Shown one piece after another: positions 38,348 to 49,562 of a stretch of 64,000 bases of DNA (positions are counted from its first letter, which is position 1; each line of letters begins with the position of its first letter). The stretch spans positions 4,032,001 to 4,096,000 of the forward strand of contig CM119371.1 of NCBI GenBank assembly GCA_051294905.1. Direction: 5' to 3'. The translations under genes and the position numbers were made by a program. The notes beneath the pieces are model-generated. The model did no database searches and was not told where the DNA came from. It saw only the letters and a list, made by a program, of their open reading frames with translations. The stretch is from Botryllus schlosseri (Eukaryota).

Positions 38348-39199
38348 CTGGAATTCAGATACAGGATTTTGATAAGTGAGTAGTTCTAGTTCTATTTGTG
38401 CATGAAATTCAGTATTTCGTATCATCAGTTAGGCATATTAGTTAGGGATCTTTACCCCGGACTTGAGAAGAATTGAGTTACTAAAACTAATCAAAAATGG
38501 TCATTCTATTTCAGCAGTTCCATATGCGGCCCTATGCGAAATGTGTTTAGAACTAGGACTAGAGATGAATTTCACAATCAGGAGATATTGCCACTTCATG
38601 AGTGTCAGGAGATGAGGTTTATTTAAATAAGTTGTAATTATAGCCAGACCAATGATATCGTTTGGCCAGTCATATCGAGTCTATAGTAGAGCTGGACCTA
38701 TATCGGCTATGAGAGGTAAAAATACAGGCAATTTTTGTGGCGTCACAACAGGGTAGCAGGGAAAACTATTGCGATTGCTACATTGGGAATATTCATCTAT
38801 TTCTCTTAACTTACAAGTGGGCACGTTGGTACTCGAGGATTGAAGTAGATTGAAGTAGACCTGGTTTTGCCAAAAAACTGAACTGTTACATAGGAGGTAC
38901 AAAACTAGTCTTAAAACATTTGAGTGACTTGAGTATTAGTGTAAGTATATGACAAAACCTACTTCAGTAATCTTAAAAAATGAAGTAGGCTACTATTGTT
39001 ACTGACTGGCTTTGCATACAAGTGTACAGATGCAGTCTTTATAGTATATTTTATGTCCAAGTATAGCAGCGGCTCTAAAGTTTTTCAAATCAATGTTCTG
39101 AAGGTTTCGAAATGTGCCTCACGCTAGTTGCCATATACTCGATTCAGAATCGAATCAATCACGAACTCTGATTTGCTCGGAGCTAGAAAGAAATCTTAC

Positions 39200-39347
39200 C
39201 ATTAAAACTCTATAGAGGTCGCCTTCGCTGTAGTTGGCGCCATGGTCATGCAGGTTGTGGGCAGTTTCTGTGAAATGTAGCTGTTAAAATACTCGCTCGC
39301 TCGCACTTCCTTTGCAGAGGGTCGTTGAGAGGTCGCATGCCAATATT
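39200..39347 (-). pseudogene. PLK1: Decayed PLK1-like kinase C-terminal exon (ILACD..QRPSAKEVRASEYFNSYISQKLPTTCMTMAP)
   Basis: Matches PLK1 [39 protein letters not shown]/GT sites. Confidence 0.7.
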
Positions 39348-40052
39348 CTGGTGAAAAAAATCACAAATAGTAATAAAATCACAGCTAGTATCATATTTTT
39401 ATGAGATTGTTTGGGAATCAGGATATGTGGATTTAAAACCATAATATCAATCATGATTTGGATTTGAAATAGTAAACTACTTGCGTAGTTCGATAGGAAG
39501 AGATTAAGTATCAGGATAAACCTATTTGTAGACTTGATCAACTAGAAAATTTTCAGCTTTTCCAAATTATATTACGATTGAAATCACAGCTGCTACGTTA
39601 TTTTATGAATGTTGGAGTAGAATTAGAATCATAGCTACACAGCTTTTTCCAAATCAAAAAATTACAATGATAGCTACGCAGTTTTTTTTACGAATTAGAT
39701 TTGAATTCGGGTTAAAGCTAAACAGTTTTTCCTCTAAATCAGAGTAAAATGATAGCTACACAGATTTTTCAAAATTAAATTACAATTAGAATTTCAGAAT
39801 CGACAAAACCTTGGACATGAAGTTCAGTTCGTACCAAATCAGACTTCATTCTCATCAGCAAAAGGATGGCAAGTGTCTGTACACCGAGCTTGGTTGGTTT
39901 TGCAAGATACAGTTCTCCTGTTGCAATTTCAGGAAAATCAGAAATCAGATTAATGAGAGCATAGAAAAATTCGACAAATTAGATTAGAATTCGAAGTAGA
40001 TTACAGCCTCGCTGTATTTATTTTCATTAGACAACTACATCACAATTGTTAC

Positions 40053-40178
40053 CTTGATATCTCTGTGAGTGATCTCATAATCGTGAAGTTAACGATGGTA
40101 ATCAGAATCTGTCGCATGCAATAATGCGTCTCTGCTTCTGTGATGGCCCGCATTCTTTTGTAAAACCTCCATCAGCGA
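40053..40178 (-). pseudogene. PLK1: Decayed PLK1-like exon 3 (SLMEV..KRMRAITEAETHYCMRQIL..THRDIK)
   Basis: HRDIK catalytic-loop motif; paralog of 37076-37199 and 43337-43456. Confidence 0.8.
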
Positions 40179-40375
40179 CTCAAAACAAAAATTAAAGCTA
40201 ATCGGATTGGCAGGATGTAAAAACAATATCATTTGTTGGGAACATCTGAATCAGTGGTTTTCAACCTTTTTGACTTGGCGGGCCTGTAAAATTCAACAAC
40301 CAATTTTTTGAACCGATAAACCTTCCTAATTCTGAATTTCATTTCATGCTGCCATTTTGATACCTGACTTGTTAT

Positions 40376-40678
40376 GGTCCGTGGACATATGAGCATGCGA
40401 CATTACAGCATGCGAGACTTCGGCATGCGACAATTTGGCATGCGACACATGAGCATGTGGGTTAAATTACGGGTTAGGGGTAGGTTAGGGTTGGATTTAT
40501 GGTTGGGTTAGGGTTAGGGTTTAGGTTAGGTTAGGCTAGGTTAGGTTAGGTTAGGCTATGTTTAGGGTTAGGGTAAGTTTTTGGGTTATACAATCACATG
40601 CTGAAGTGACGCATGCTGATGTGTTCCAAGCTGAACTGTCGTTTTCCATTGTGTCGCATGCTCATATGTCGGGCAACC
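40376..40678. mobile_element. MITE with GCATGCGACA subterminal repeats and a central telomere-like (TTAGG/TTAGGG)n tract
   Basis: Inverted ends GACATATGAGCATGCGACA / TGTCGCATGCTCATATGTC; the paralogous intron at ~37390 lacks the insert. Confidence 0.8.
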
Positions 40679-41483
40679 TACGCTATACGTAGGGCTGTCA
40701 AAAATCAAGTACCTGAATGATTTGGATATGAATCGAGTATTAGGCTTAAAGTCGAGTGTTCGAGTAGCGCTTATTGTGATGCCATACCAGTGTTGATGAC
40801 GTGGAAAGTTCAAATATGTAACTACAACCAATATAACGCCAGTCCTACATAACATTAAAGACGATTTTGTATCCCTTTACGATTCCTATTTTATTGCACT
40901 TTGCGAAAATGCTGAGGTTGATCACGACTTCACAGATACGTCATTTCCACTAATATGCGTTCATGCTTGTACCACATGTTAAGTATGTTGTGATACGACT
41001 TATCGAGATTTACAGCTTGGCACAATGGACATGAGTGTCGAAGCAATCATTTTCATTGATCAATCAACTCTGAATGACAAGGAGGGAAGAATTTCAGTGA
41101 TGGAACGGAACGTTTCTCACTATTCGACTGGATTCAAGAAAATAATGTGCGATTCAGATTCAAGCACACACCCGATTCATTCTGCACAGCTCTTCTCGGC
41201 AACGTCACATACGAGCAAGAGCCGTAATTTGGATAAATCATATCTCTATAACTTGACATGAATTTGAGATTAACATTGATTTCAAGATATCGGCCAGATT
41301 TTTGTTAATGTCATTTGACAAACAGGATTTCCACAGAGAATATTTGATATTTTTCAGTTGTCGCGACGGTCATGAATGGTTATAAAATCTCTGATTCGTA
41401 CAAGTAGGGAAGTCAAGTACAAGTACATGTGAGAGGGAAGTCGATTCAAAATGAAATCAATTAGTGATTACATAAATACCAAC

Positions 41484-41642
41484 CCATATTTATAGCAGAC
41501 TTCAAAGTTGGATTGGTATGGGTAAACCTCTTGAACTGTGCTTCCAATTTTGCCATATTGAAGGCTGGTGATTGATTACTGCATATGATGGTCGCCTCTT
41601 GCTTGTCACATATGTGCTTCTGTGTCTCGGTTCTAGCAGCAC
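41484..41642 (-). pseudogene. PLK1: Second copy of the PLK linker exon (AARTETQKHICDKQEAT..SPAFNMAKLEAQFK..LKSAINM)
   Basis: Clear paralog of 33894-34052 with the same splice sites. Confidence 0.7.
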
Positions 41643-42025
41643 CTGTCAAGTAAAGAAATAACTTTGCAATAATAGCACTGCATTTGTGATGTGGATTAGT
41701 AGGATTTTCTTCATCAAAATGACCTCATAAAAAGTTTATACTTAGCATGGAGCCAGACAAGAAATCGAATTCGCAAAGCCGGTTGGCAGGATACAGGCTA
41801 CAAGAACACCCGGCTTCACGCTCAATACCCAACAGGTAATCCAATCACCAAGATGCTGGATTTTGCCCAGTCTCGCTGATAATAATGTCAGAAGTCTTTG
41901 CAATATGCAGTAGGCTAAGGCTGGGCACAATCATTCGAGTCGAGTAATGAGAGATTTTTACGAGCACCGAAATGATACGATCCTTGCTGCTCGACAAAGA
42001 TTATAGTTTTGACAACACTGTTCAC

Positions 42026-42569
42026 TAGGATTGTTCAAAAGCAACTTTTTTTCGGGGTCCGGGGATTCACTGATTAAATTGTAATGTTGGCTAAAAAAGG
42101 CTGCACGCCAAAGTTGGCTCAATTCCAACCATCAGAAGCCGCGGCAGATCCAATCAAAATGTCTACAAAAACGATGCAAAAGAAGTATGACACACTTCCA
42201 ACCTGTAGAAGCAAAGTGATTCTAGTTTTTCATCAATAATTGTGGACCTACCCACCATCAATGCTATTGTTGCAAATCCAAAACTCTCGACTGCAATAAC
42301 TTTGCATCTACCAGTTGGGAGTGAGCAAAAATTTTTATGCATCATTCTGTTAGGCAAATTAACAATTCCGTGGGGTTACCTGTTAAATTTGAAATTTAAT
42401 TTTTATTTTTTATTAATCTTCGTCTGGCTGCATGATGAGAAAATTTCAATTGGCTCTGCTGCAACTTTCGCTGGTTGGAATCAAGGCAAATTTGGTGTAC
42501 AGCCTTTTTTAGGCTACCTAACAATATAATCAGTGAATACTTGAAATCCAAAAATTCTGAACAACCCTA
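42026..42569. mobile_element. hAT-type MITE sharing termini with the 11067-13513 element
   Basis: 8-bp TSD CTGTTCAC (42018-42025, 42570-42577); ends TAGGATTGTTCA / TGAACAACCCTA; degenerate long inverted arms. Confidence 0.85.
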
Positions 42570-42934
42570 CTGTTCACCGTGGAAGCCTTGAAATGTCGAT
42601 TGGTCGTATCAGAACATAACAAGCATGCAGTACGAAGTTACGCAAGTTAATGGAAATGACATTTCGGTGAAGTCGTGATCAACCCACAGTATTGTCACAA
42701 ATGCAATGAAATAGGTGTGGTCGATTAAATACGAAATCATCTTCAATGTGATGCAGAATGGCAGATCTGGCATTATATTTTTTGACGTCGCGCAAAAGGT
42801 ACGTATCTGTACTATCCACATCATTCATACTGTTATGACATCATATTGAGTGATACTCGAAACGTCGACTCAAAATTCCAATACAGGATTCAGATTCAAA
42901 TCACTCAGGTGCGCTGTCTTCAAAAATGATGCAG

Positions 42935-43229
42935 GATCAAGAATTTTTATTGAAAAAATCAAATAACTCCGCTTCTACGGCGTGGAATTGAGTGAAATTT
43001 CTTTGGCATCGTTTTTGAAGATATTTCATGGGGTTGGCAGTAAAATTTGAAAAATATTTTTTTTTTTTGCATTTTTGGGCAAATTCGAAATTTTCAAACT
43101 GTACGAAATCCGCGAATATTGGTTGGAATGAATTCAAATTTGGTGTACGTCGTTTTCTTAAGGCAACCAGACAATTTAATAACGTAGCCAGCAAGATTCA
43201 GGAAAAAAGGTTATATTTCAACAGCCCTA
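42935..43229. mobile_element. Half copy of the palindromic MITE at 53145-53764
   Basis: Matches 53460-53764 (AATAACTCCGCTTCTACGGC..GGTTGGAATGAATTCAAATTTGG..CCCTA). Confidence 0.8.
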
Positions 43230-43336
43230 GTGTATGGTTTTATTCCCAAATTGGCAAACTACTATACTCGGTCAACTCTGGTTCCGACATGATTTTCAAA
43301 GATTATTTACGAATGCAGTACTGCATAGAATGTTAC

Positions 43337-43456
43337 CTTGATAGCTCTGTGGATGATTTTGGCGATCGTGACTATAAAAAAAATCAATCTGTTGCATGTG
43401 ATGACGAGTCTCTGGTTCTGTGATGGCGCATCTTCTTTTGCAAACTCCATCAGCGA
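43337..43456 (-). pseudogene. PLK1: Decayed PLK1-like exon 3 (SLME..KRRCAITEPETRHHMQQI..IIHRAIK)
   Basis: Paralog of the other exon-3 copies with shared intron flanks. Confidence 0.8.
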
Positions 43457-44497
43457 CTGACGCCAAAAATAGAAGGTAATTAGATTGCTGGAATGAGAAA
43501 AAAGTATTATTTGTTGGACACAACTAAATCAGTGGATCTCAACCTTTATGAGTTAAAGGGACGGTCAAATTTGACAACAGTTTTGCAGACCGGTGAAACT
43601 TCCAAACTAGAAACTTCACCTAATATTTGCTTTTTGATACGGAACGTGTAATAAATAGGGCCGGCTGAAATAGAGTATGTGAGTGATTTGGTTCTGAATC
43701 GAGTAATGAGTTTGAGTCACCCATGTTAACGTCACAGCAAGACCACAACAATGGATATAATGCTAATTCTAGTCTATAAAGATTATTTTTTTTTTTTTTA
43801 GCTATACCTATTTCATCACACTATGGGACGAAGGTTTTGGTTGATCACAACTTCACAGATATGTTATTTTCGGTAACGTGAGTTGCTTTGTACTACAATG
43901 TTTTGTATGCTGCAATACGACCAATCCAGGTTTGCAGCTTTCCACAGTGGGAAATATGATCGAAATTATTTTCCCATTGGTTCAGTTCTGCTTATTGTTA
44001 AATATATTTTTTCCTTTTTGTGGTATGGAGCGTATATTGTCAGTACTCGACACAATCATTTCCTACTACTAGACTCAAATGATTAGAATTGATACTCGAT
44101 TCAGATTTGAGTCATCAAATCATTGTGCCCAGCCCTAGTGATCACAGTTGTGTCACTAGAAAATGATCAAATTATCCAAACTAGATTGGGATTTGAATTA
44201 TATTGAACACGTTTTTCCAAATAAGAGTAGAATTAAAATTAGCTAGTTGGGAAGAGAAATTAAGTTCAGTTCAAATCTGAGTTGATTATCATAAGCATGA
44301 GAATAGTAAATGACTGTTCCACACTATACATATAGAAATAGTGGACTAGTTATATTGGAATTATTTACCCTAATATATTATAGTATAATAATGATGTGGT
44401 TGTCCAAGTCTACTAGTAGTGAACATTACAGATCTAATGCATTTTCGACCAGCACAGTTAGAGGTACATTATATTTGTAACGAGGAAATGCTTTTAC

Positions 44498-44630
44498 CCT
44501 TCTTTTACACAACTCGATAGACAAAATCCTTGTCTTGGAAGAATCAATGAAATCCAATGACGTGCTCGTGATTCAAACTTCGATGGAGACTGATCTCTTG
44601 ACACATTTTTTGCTACTCCACAAGCAATGC
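44498..44630 (-). pseudogene. PLK1: Decayed PLK1-like exon 2 copy (QEISLHRSLNHEHVIGFH*FFQDKDFV)
   Basis: Paralog of 38199-38347; contains a stop and a deletion. Confidence 0.8.
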
Positions 44631-45176
44631 CTGAAATTCAGATACTGGCTTTAGTTGCGGATTTTAAAAGGTGAGTAGTTCTAGTCATAGTTGCGTATCT
44701 AAAAATATTTTAGTAGCTGATAAATTAGAAAACACGCGTCTTTGTCGAGAATCATGATACCAGTTTTCCGTTGTGATGTTGTTGCAGCCGTCTCAGAGTC
44801 ATCACTACCAGTATTGGTGAAGCTGCGGGTCAAAACCTTATTGAGTACTCTGTAAAAGACTGACTCTGCTTACATGTGTTCAGTTGCATGATTTTTAGCT
44901 TATGTCATATACAAGTATAGCAACGGCTGCGAAGTTCAAATAAATGCTCTGAAGGTTTGGAAATATGTCTTAAGCTAGTTATCATATCATTTCAATATCA
45001 ACCGAATATGTCGTGGCTATCGGTGAAGGTGCTACTTATCGGTATTGGCTCAAAAATACGATATTGGTCGGGCTCTAGTGAATGAGACTCGAGTACGCGA
45101 CTCGAAACGCAATACTCGATTCAGAATCCAATCAATCAGTAACTCGATTTTGCCAGACTTATACGAAAATACCCAC

Positions 45177-45335
45177 CGTTTAAACTCTGCAGAGGACGCC
45201 TGTGTTGTAGTTGGCTTTCCGAAATCCTAGGCGTCATCGGTTATGGGCAGTTTTAGTGGAATGTTGCCGTTGAAATACTTGCTCGCCGGCACTCCCTTTA
45301 CAGAGGATCGTTGGAACGGGTCGATTTCAAACATT
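45177..45335 (-). pseudogene. PLK1: Decayed PLK1-like kinase C-terminal exon (MFEIDPFQRSSVK..KYFNGNIPLKLPIT..RRPLQSLN)
   Basis: Paralog of 39200-39347; RRPLQSLN resembles PLK1 RKPLTVLN (D-box region). Confidence 0.75.
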
Positions 45336-46473
45336 CTAGTGAGAAAATCACAGATAGTAACTCACATGTTACAAGTATGTTCGGGAATCAGGATTTGTGG
45401 ATTTAAAACTATAATTTGAATCAAGATTTGATTTGAAATAGTAAACCATTTCCGTATTTGGATCGGAAGAGATTCAAGTATCAGGTTAAGTCGATGTGCA
45501 GACTTGGACAATGAGAAAATTTTCAGCTTTTCCAAATTAGACTAGAATTAGCCTCACAGATACAAAGTTACTTTCCACATTAGAGTATAATTATGATGAT
45601 ATCTACACAATTATTTTCAAATTAGATTAGCAGTAGAATGATAGCTACACATTTTTTTCCACACTAGATTACAATTAGAATACAAGCTATACAGTTTTTA
45701 TAATAAATGATTTCGTGAAACCTTGGGACTTGAAATCAAGTTCATTTCATATCAAATCAGAATTCATTCACATATGCTCAAGAATCGCAAATGTTTTTAC
45801 AGAAAGCTTGGCTCGTTTCGAGCTATACACATTTCTCCTGTTGCAATTGTTCATCAATAGTATGATTTTATTTTCTGGAAAAGTCATTTTGATGATCTTG
45901 TAATAATAGCCTAGTGATATTTGCACAATGCAATTGGAGGTAAATTTGAAATAAAAATCGGGGTATGGGGTCTGTCTACTACGGTATTCTACGACTACGT
46001 ACAGTTGAATCACATCGTTCATGTTCAGTTAATTTGTGACAAAACAATGTAGGCTGGGTAAAAGCAGGCATAAAAATTGTCAAATGATTAGTTGGTATGG
46101 CAGGTCACACCAGCCGGTGACACGGTCAAGCTGGCGGAAAAGGTATTGATTCATCAAGTTACAAAGTTGCATAACTTGACCAGCACAAAATACAATTTTG
46201 CAAGTCATAGAAGGGCTATTTTCAGATGTAAAGGATCAAGTTCGGAAACATGTTGTTTCTAGAAATAACAAGCTGTCTGTATGATCTTTACAATTTGACA
46301 AAACGACCGACGGCCAAAATCGCAACTACTGGATACGGATATAACTACACTCGCATAGTGATGAAATTGACAGGTTGCCTAACAACTTTAGACACCAAAG
46401 TATGGTCGATTTCGACCAGCAAAAGTTAAACAATCTGAAATCGACATTTCGGCCATTTTTCAAAGTAATAGTA

Positions 46474-47695
46474 ACGTAAACCGGGGCAACTTCGGACACT
46501 AAGCAGTAAAAGATTTAAATGGTTATTGATGAAAAAGGGTTGCAGCTGGATGTCCAATTCTTTTTCATGAGGCAAGAGTACCACAAGTAGTATCCATAAA
46601 AGGTGGATTCATTCCACTACCAGATAAACTTGACCCAACATTGATAACTTAATGGCTGGGGTCAATTTCATCAAAATTGATGGCCATTAAACTTCTTACA
46701 GCCAAACATAGATAGCATGTGATTCATAGATTCAAAACTTGGCAGCAGATACCTCTAAGTAGTCCTAATCCATGGCAAAAATCTCAGTGGCTCACACTTA
46801 GATCAATACAAGAAAATCAGTTGTCCAAAGTTATCACGTCAAATTTAATTGGAACGGGGTAACTTTGGACAGTGGAAAATGTGATATTTAGAGCTCTGGA
46901 AAGTGGCTGCTTCATCTGTGTCAAAGTGCATTATGACCGCCCTAATGGCTTTTTAAAATGGAATGAGAAGGTTAATAAATTAGGAGTTTGCCAAAATATG
47001 AAAAAATGGGTAGGCAGTAAGCCGAGAGATGTAATCGGGTGTAAGCTACTTTAAAAACTTATCACAATACTCTTAAAGATGCGCCTGCTGAATATGGGAT
47101 AGGCCTACCGTAAATTACGACAAATATGTCCATCAGAGGACATAGGAAAGGCAAAGTGTATCTTTTAAAGAACAGTAAAATATTTGAACATGCTTAATGG
47201 TTGCTGTCGATTGCTGACACCGCCAGTGGGATATCCCTTATCACCGTGTTATTAATAAGTCCCCGCTGGTGAAGACATGAGGGAAAATTGAGATGAGCGA
47301 TGAAGAAGGGGGCGTTAGCGTTTTTCTTGGGGGGGGGGTTAGGTGGAAATTATGCAATAGGCCGGACGTATGCTATTTTGTTTCAGTTTTAGCCACTGCC
47401 ACCATCAACTCTTACCAAATAAGCCTCAATTATGAGGTTTCATAAAAAATAGAGTGTAAAGACATACAAAAAGCTACAGTGTCCAAAGTTACCCCACATG
47501 CCCGGGTAACTTTGGACACGGATAATTTACAAAAATAAGGTACTTATTCATGACCATGAAGATTTTGGATTAGTTTATTCTAATCTTTGCTCCATGACCC
47601 CTGAAAAACACAAAACTTGCCTCCCCTACACCCTAGAATTTCCAAGATACAAAGCGGAATTGTTGAAAATTGTCCAAAGTTACCCCGGTTTACGG
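46474..47695. mobile_element. Tc1/mariner-pogo-type non-autonomous element
   Basis: TIRs (A/C)CGTAAACCGGGG(C/T)AACTT(C/T)GGACA flanked by TA; the motif GTCCAAAGTTACCC recurs internally (~46822, 46856, 47480, 47504). Confidence 0.8.
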
Positions 47696-48436
47696 TATGT
47701 GCGGGGCCAATTTCGACACTAAGCCATAATCAAACATCACCCTGTACCCAGCATGCCTGAAAATAGAGTGATGTTTTTTTTCTGAATAAACGTGTTTCTG
47801 GGTGATTTCAAACAGATTGGTACATCAATTGCTGCGCTGTGATGACGGATAAAAAAGAAGGTGATGTTCTAGTTCCGTAATTAATGAACAAGACTCCCAC
47901 CTCTTACATTTTGCGATTAGGACATCCAAATATATATTTGTTCAGCCGACTGGATAGTTAACGCAGACTGGCACAGGTCTGGGGACTGGCAGTCGAGAAC
48001 CACTCCACTGGTTAAGGTGATGCAATCTACAGACAGCCAAACAGCATTACAATACTACTATGGCGCAATGTTTCATAGTGCCCTGCACACTTCTTACAAA
48101 AGGACATTGTATGTAGCACACAACTATGATATAATCAAAGTAAAACTGAATGACGATTTAAAGCCATTATGTGCCTTCATAGCGTCGGATTGCCACATGA
48201 GAATAGTGCTCTATTGTCAGTACAATCATTCATTTGAAGTTTCGCACAGATTTCATTACTTACCCAATCATTTTGGCTAGGGGGTGACACTGGTTTTGCT
48301 CTTCAGCTGCTGATTCTTGGAGAAGCAACCGCCACGAATCAAACCATAAATATCTGACCAAAAGTGATTTTCCGCGCACTCAGCAGCTATAATCGAGCTC
48401 TCGCCAGCAGTGTCTGTAATGTCGGTAGCTCTAGGT

Positions 48437-49562
48437 CAGAGGTCTCAAACTCAAATGTGCTTGCGGGCCAGCTTTCCAGTTAACGACGCCGCGGGCCGCA
48501 GCATTTATAGGGGTATTCTATGTCTTTCCATGTAGGCCATTTGGCGGGAATAAATTGTCCTATTGAAAGTGAGCCGATCCAGCAGACTGACAGTAAACAC
48601 ACATCGTCAAAATGTGATTTACTCTTGTATCAATTTAGGCCTGGCACGAAAAGAATCCTCAAATTTATACTATTTGAATAGAATTTTTGTTGTACTTGAT
48701 ATATATTAAGACACCATATATCAAAGAACAAATATTTGATGCCATCATAAAAGCTACCGTGTTATAATTTTCAGCTACCATGAATATTTTGAATCCAACA
48801 GATTGATAATAATAGAGACTAATCTGATATCAAAACATTTCTAAGTTGAGCATTGTAATTCCAAACCAGGATTCGGGTATACTTCTGATAAGTAGGCTAA
48901 TAATCTCATGAACTCATCTCTAATCAAATGTTGGAACGCCGAACGGCCCATTGCTGTTACATCGTTGGAGCGTATCACTACGGTACTCGCTACTCGGTAC
49001 CTTTAAGTGGCCTTAATAACATGGTTTCGCGACCAAATATGTAACTAACAGATTGCCAATGGTTGCGATAGCTACTTTCTTAGTTAGCGAAATACCAAGC
49101 TGCGACCTTCTGATCTATTACAATTCCCCTAAAACGCAATTTGTTTGTTTCGTCCATGCTTCCAACAAATTTACGGCATTCCGAGTCACTCCAAGTCCTC
49201 TCGAGTCATTTTTCATTTTGCCATCGAGTTAGCCTGAGTCTGAGTCATTCTAAAAAAGGTCGCGTCCAAGCCCAACTCACAAATTTTAGTGACGAATCAT
49301 TTAAGGGTTAGGTTTTGTCATCATGAATATTACAAATGCGGTGAAATAGTGAATCTTCCACTGCATGTTAGCGTTAGCAATTGATTTGATAGGGAAGTTT
49401 GATGAATAGTTTAAGGCTTTCGGAGCAATTTTAGAGGGAATTTTCACTTTATATCCTGACAAGATATATATGACACTTATATATTGTCAAATTATTAAAA
49501 ATCGAAAATGTTGTCGCGGGCTGCACGAAATGCTGTGGCGGGCTGAGTGTTTGAGACCTCTG
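48437..49562. mobile_element. hAT-Charlie-type MITE
   Basis: TIR CAGAGGTCTCAAAC / GTTTGAGACCTCTG; perfect 8-bp TSD CTCTAGGT (48429-48436, 49563-49570); subterminal GCGGGC motifs. Confidence 0.9.

Noticed and set aside
40460..40580. True telomere or chromosome-fusion scar
   Set aside because: The tract is short, degenerate, in a single orientation and enclosed by MITE TIRs.
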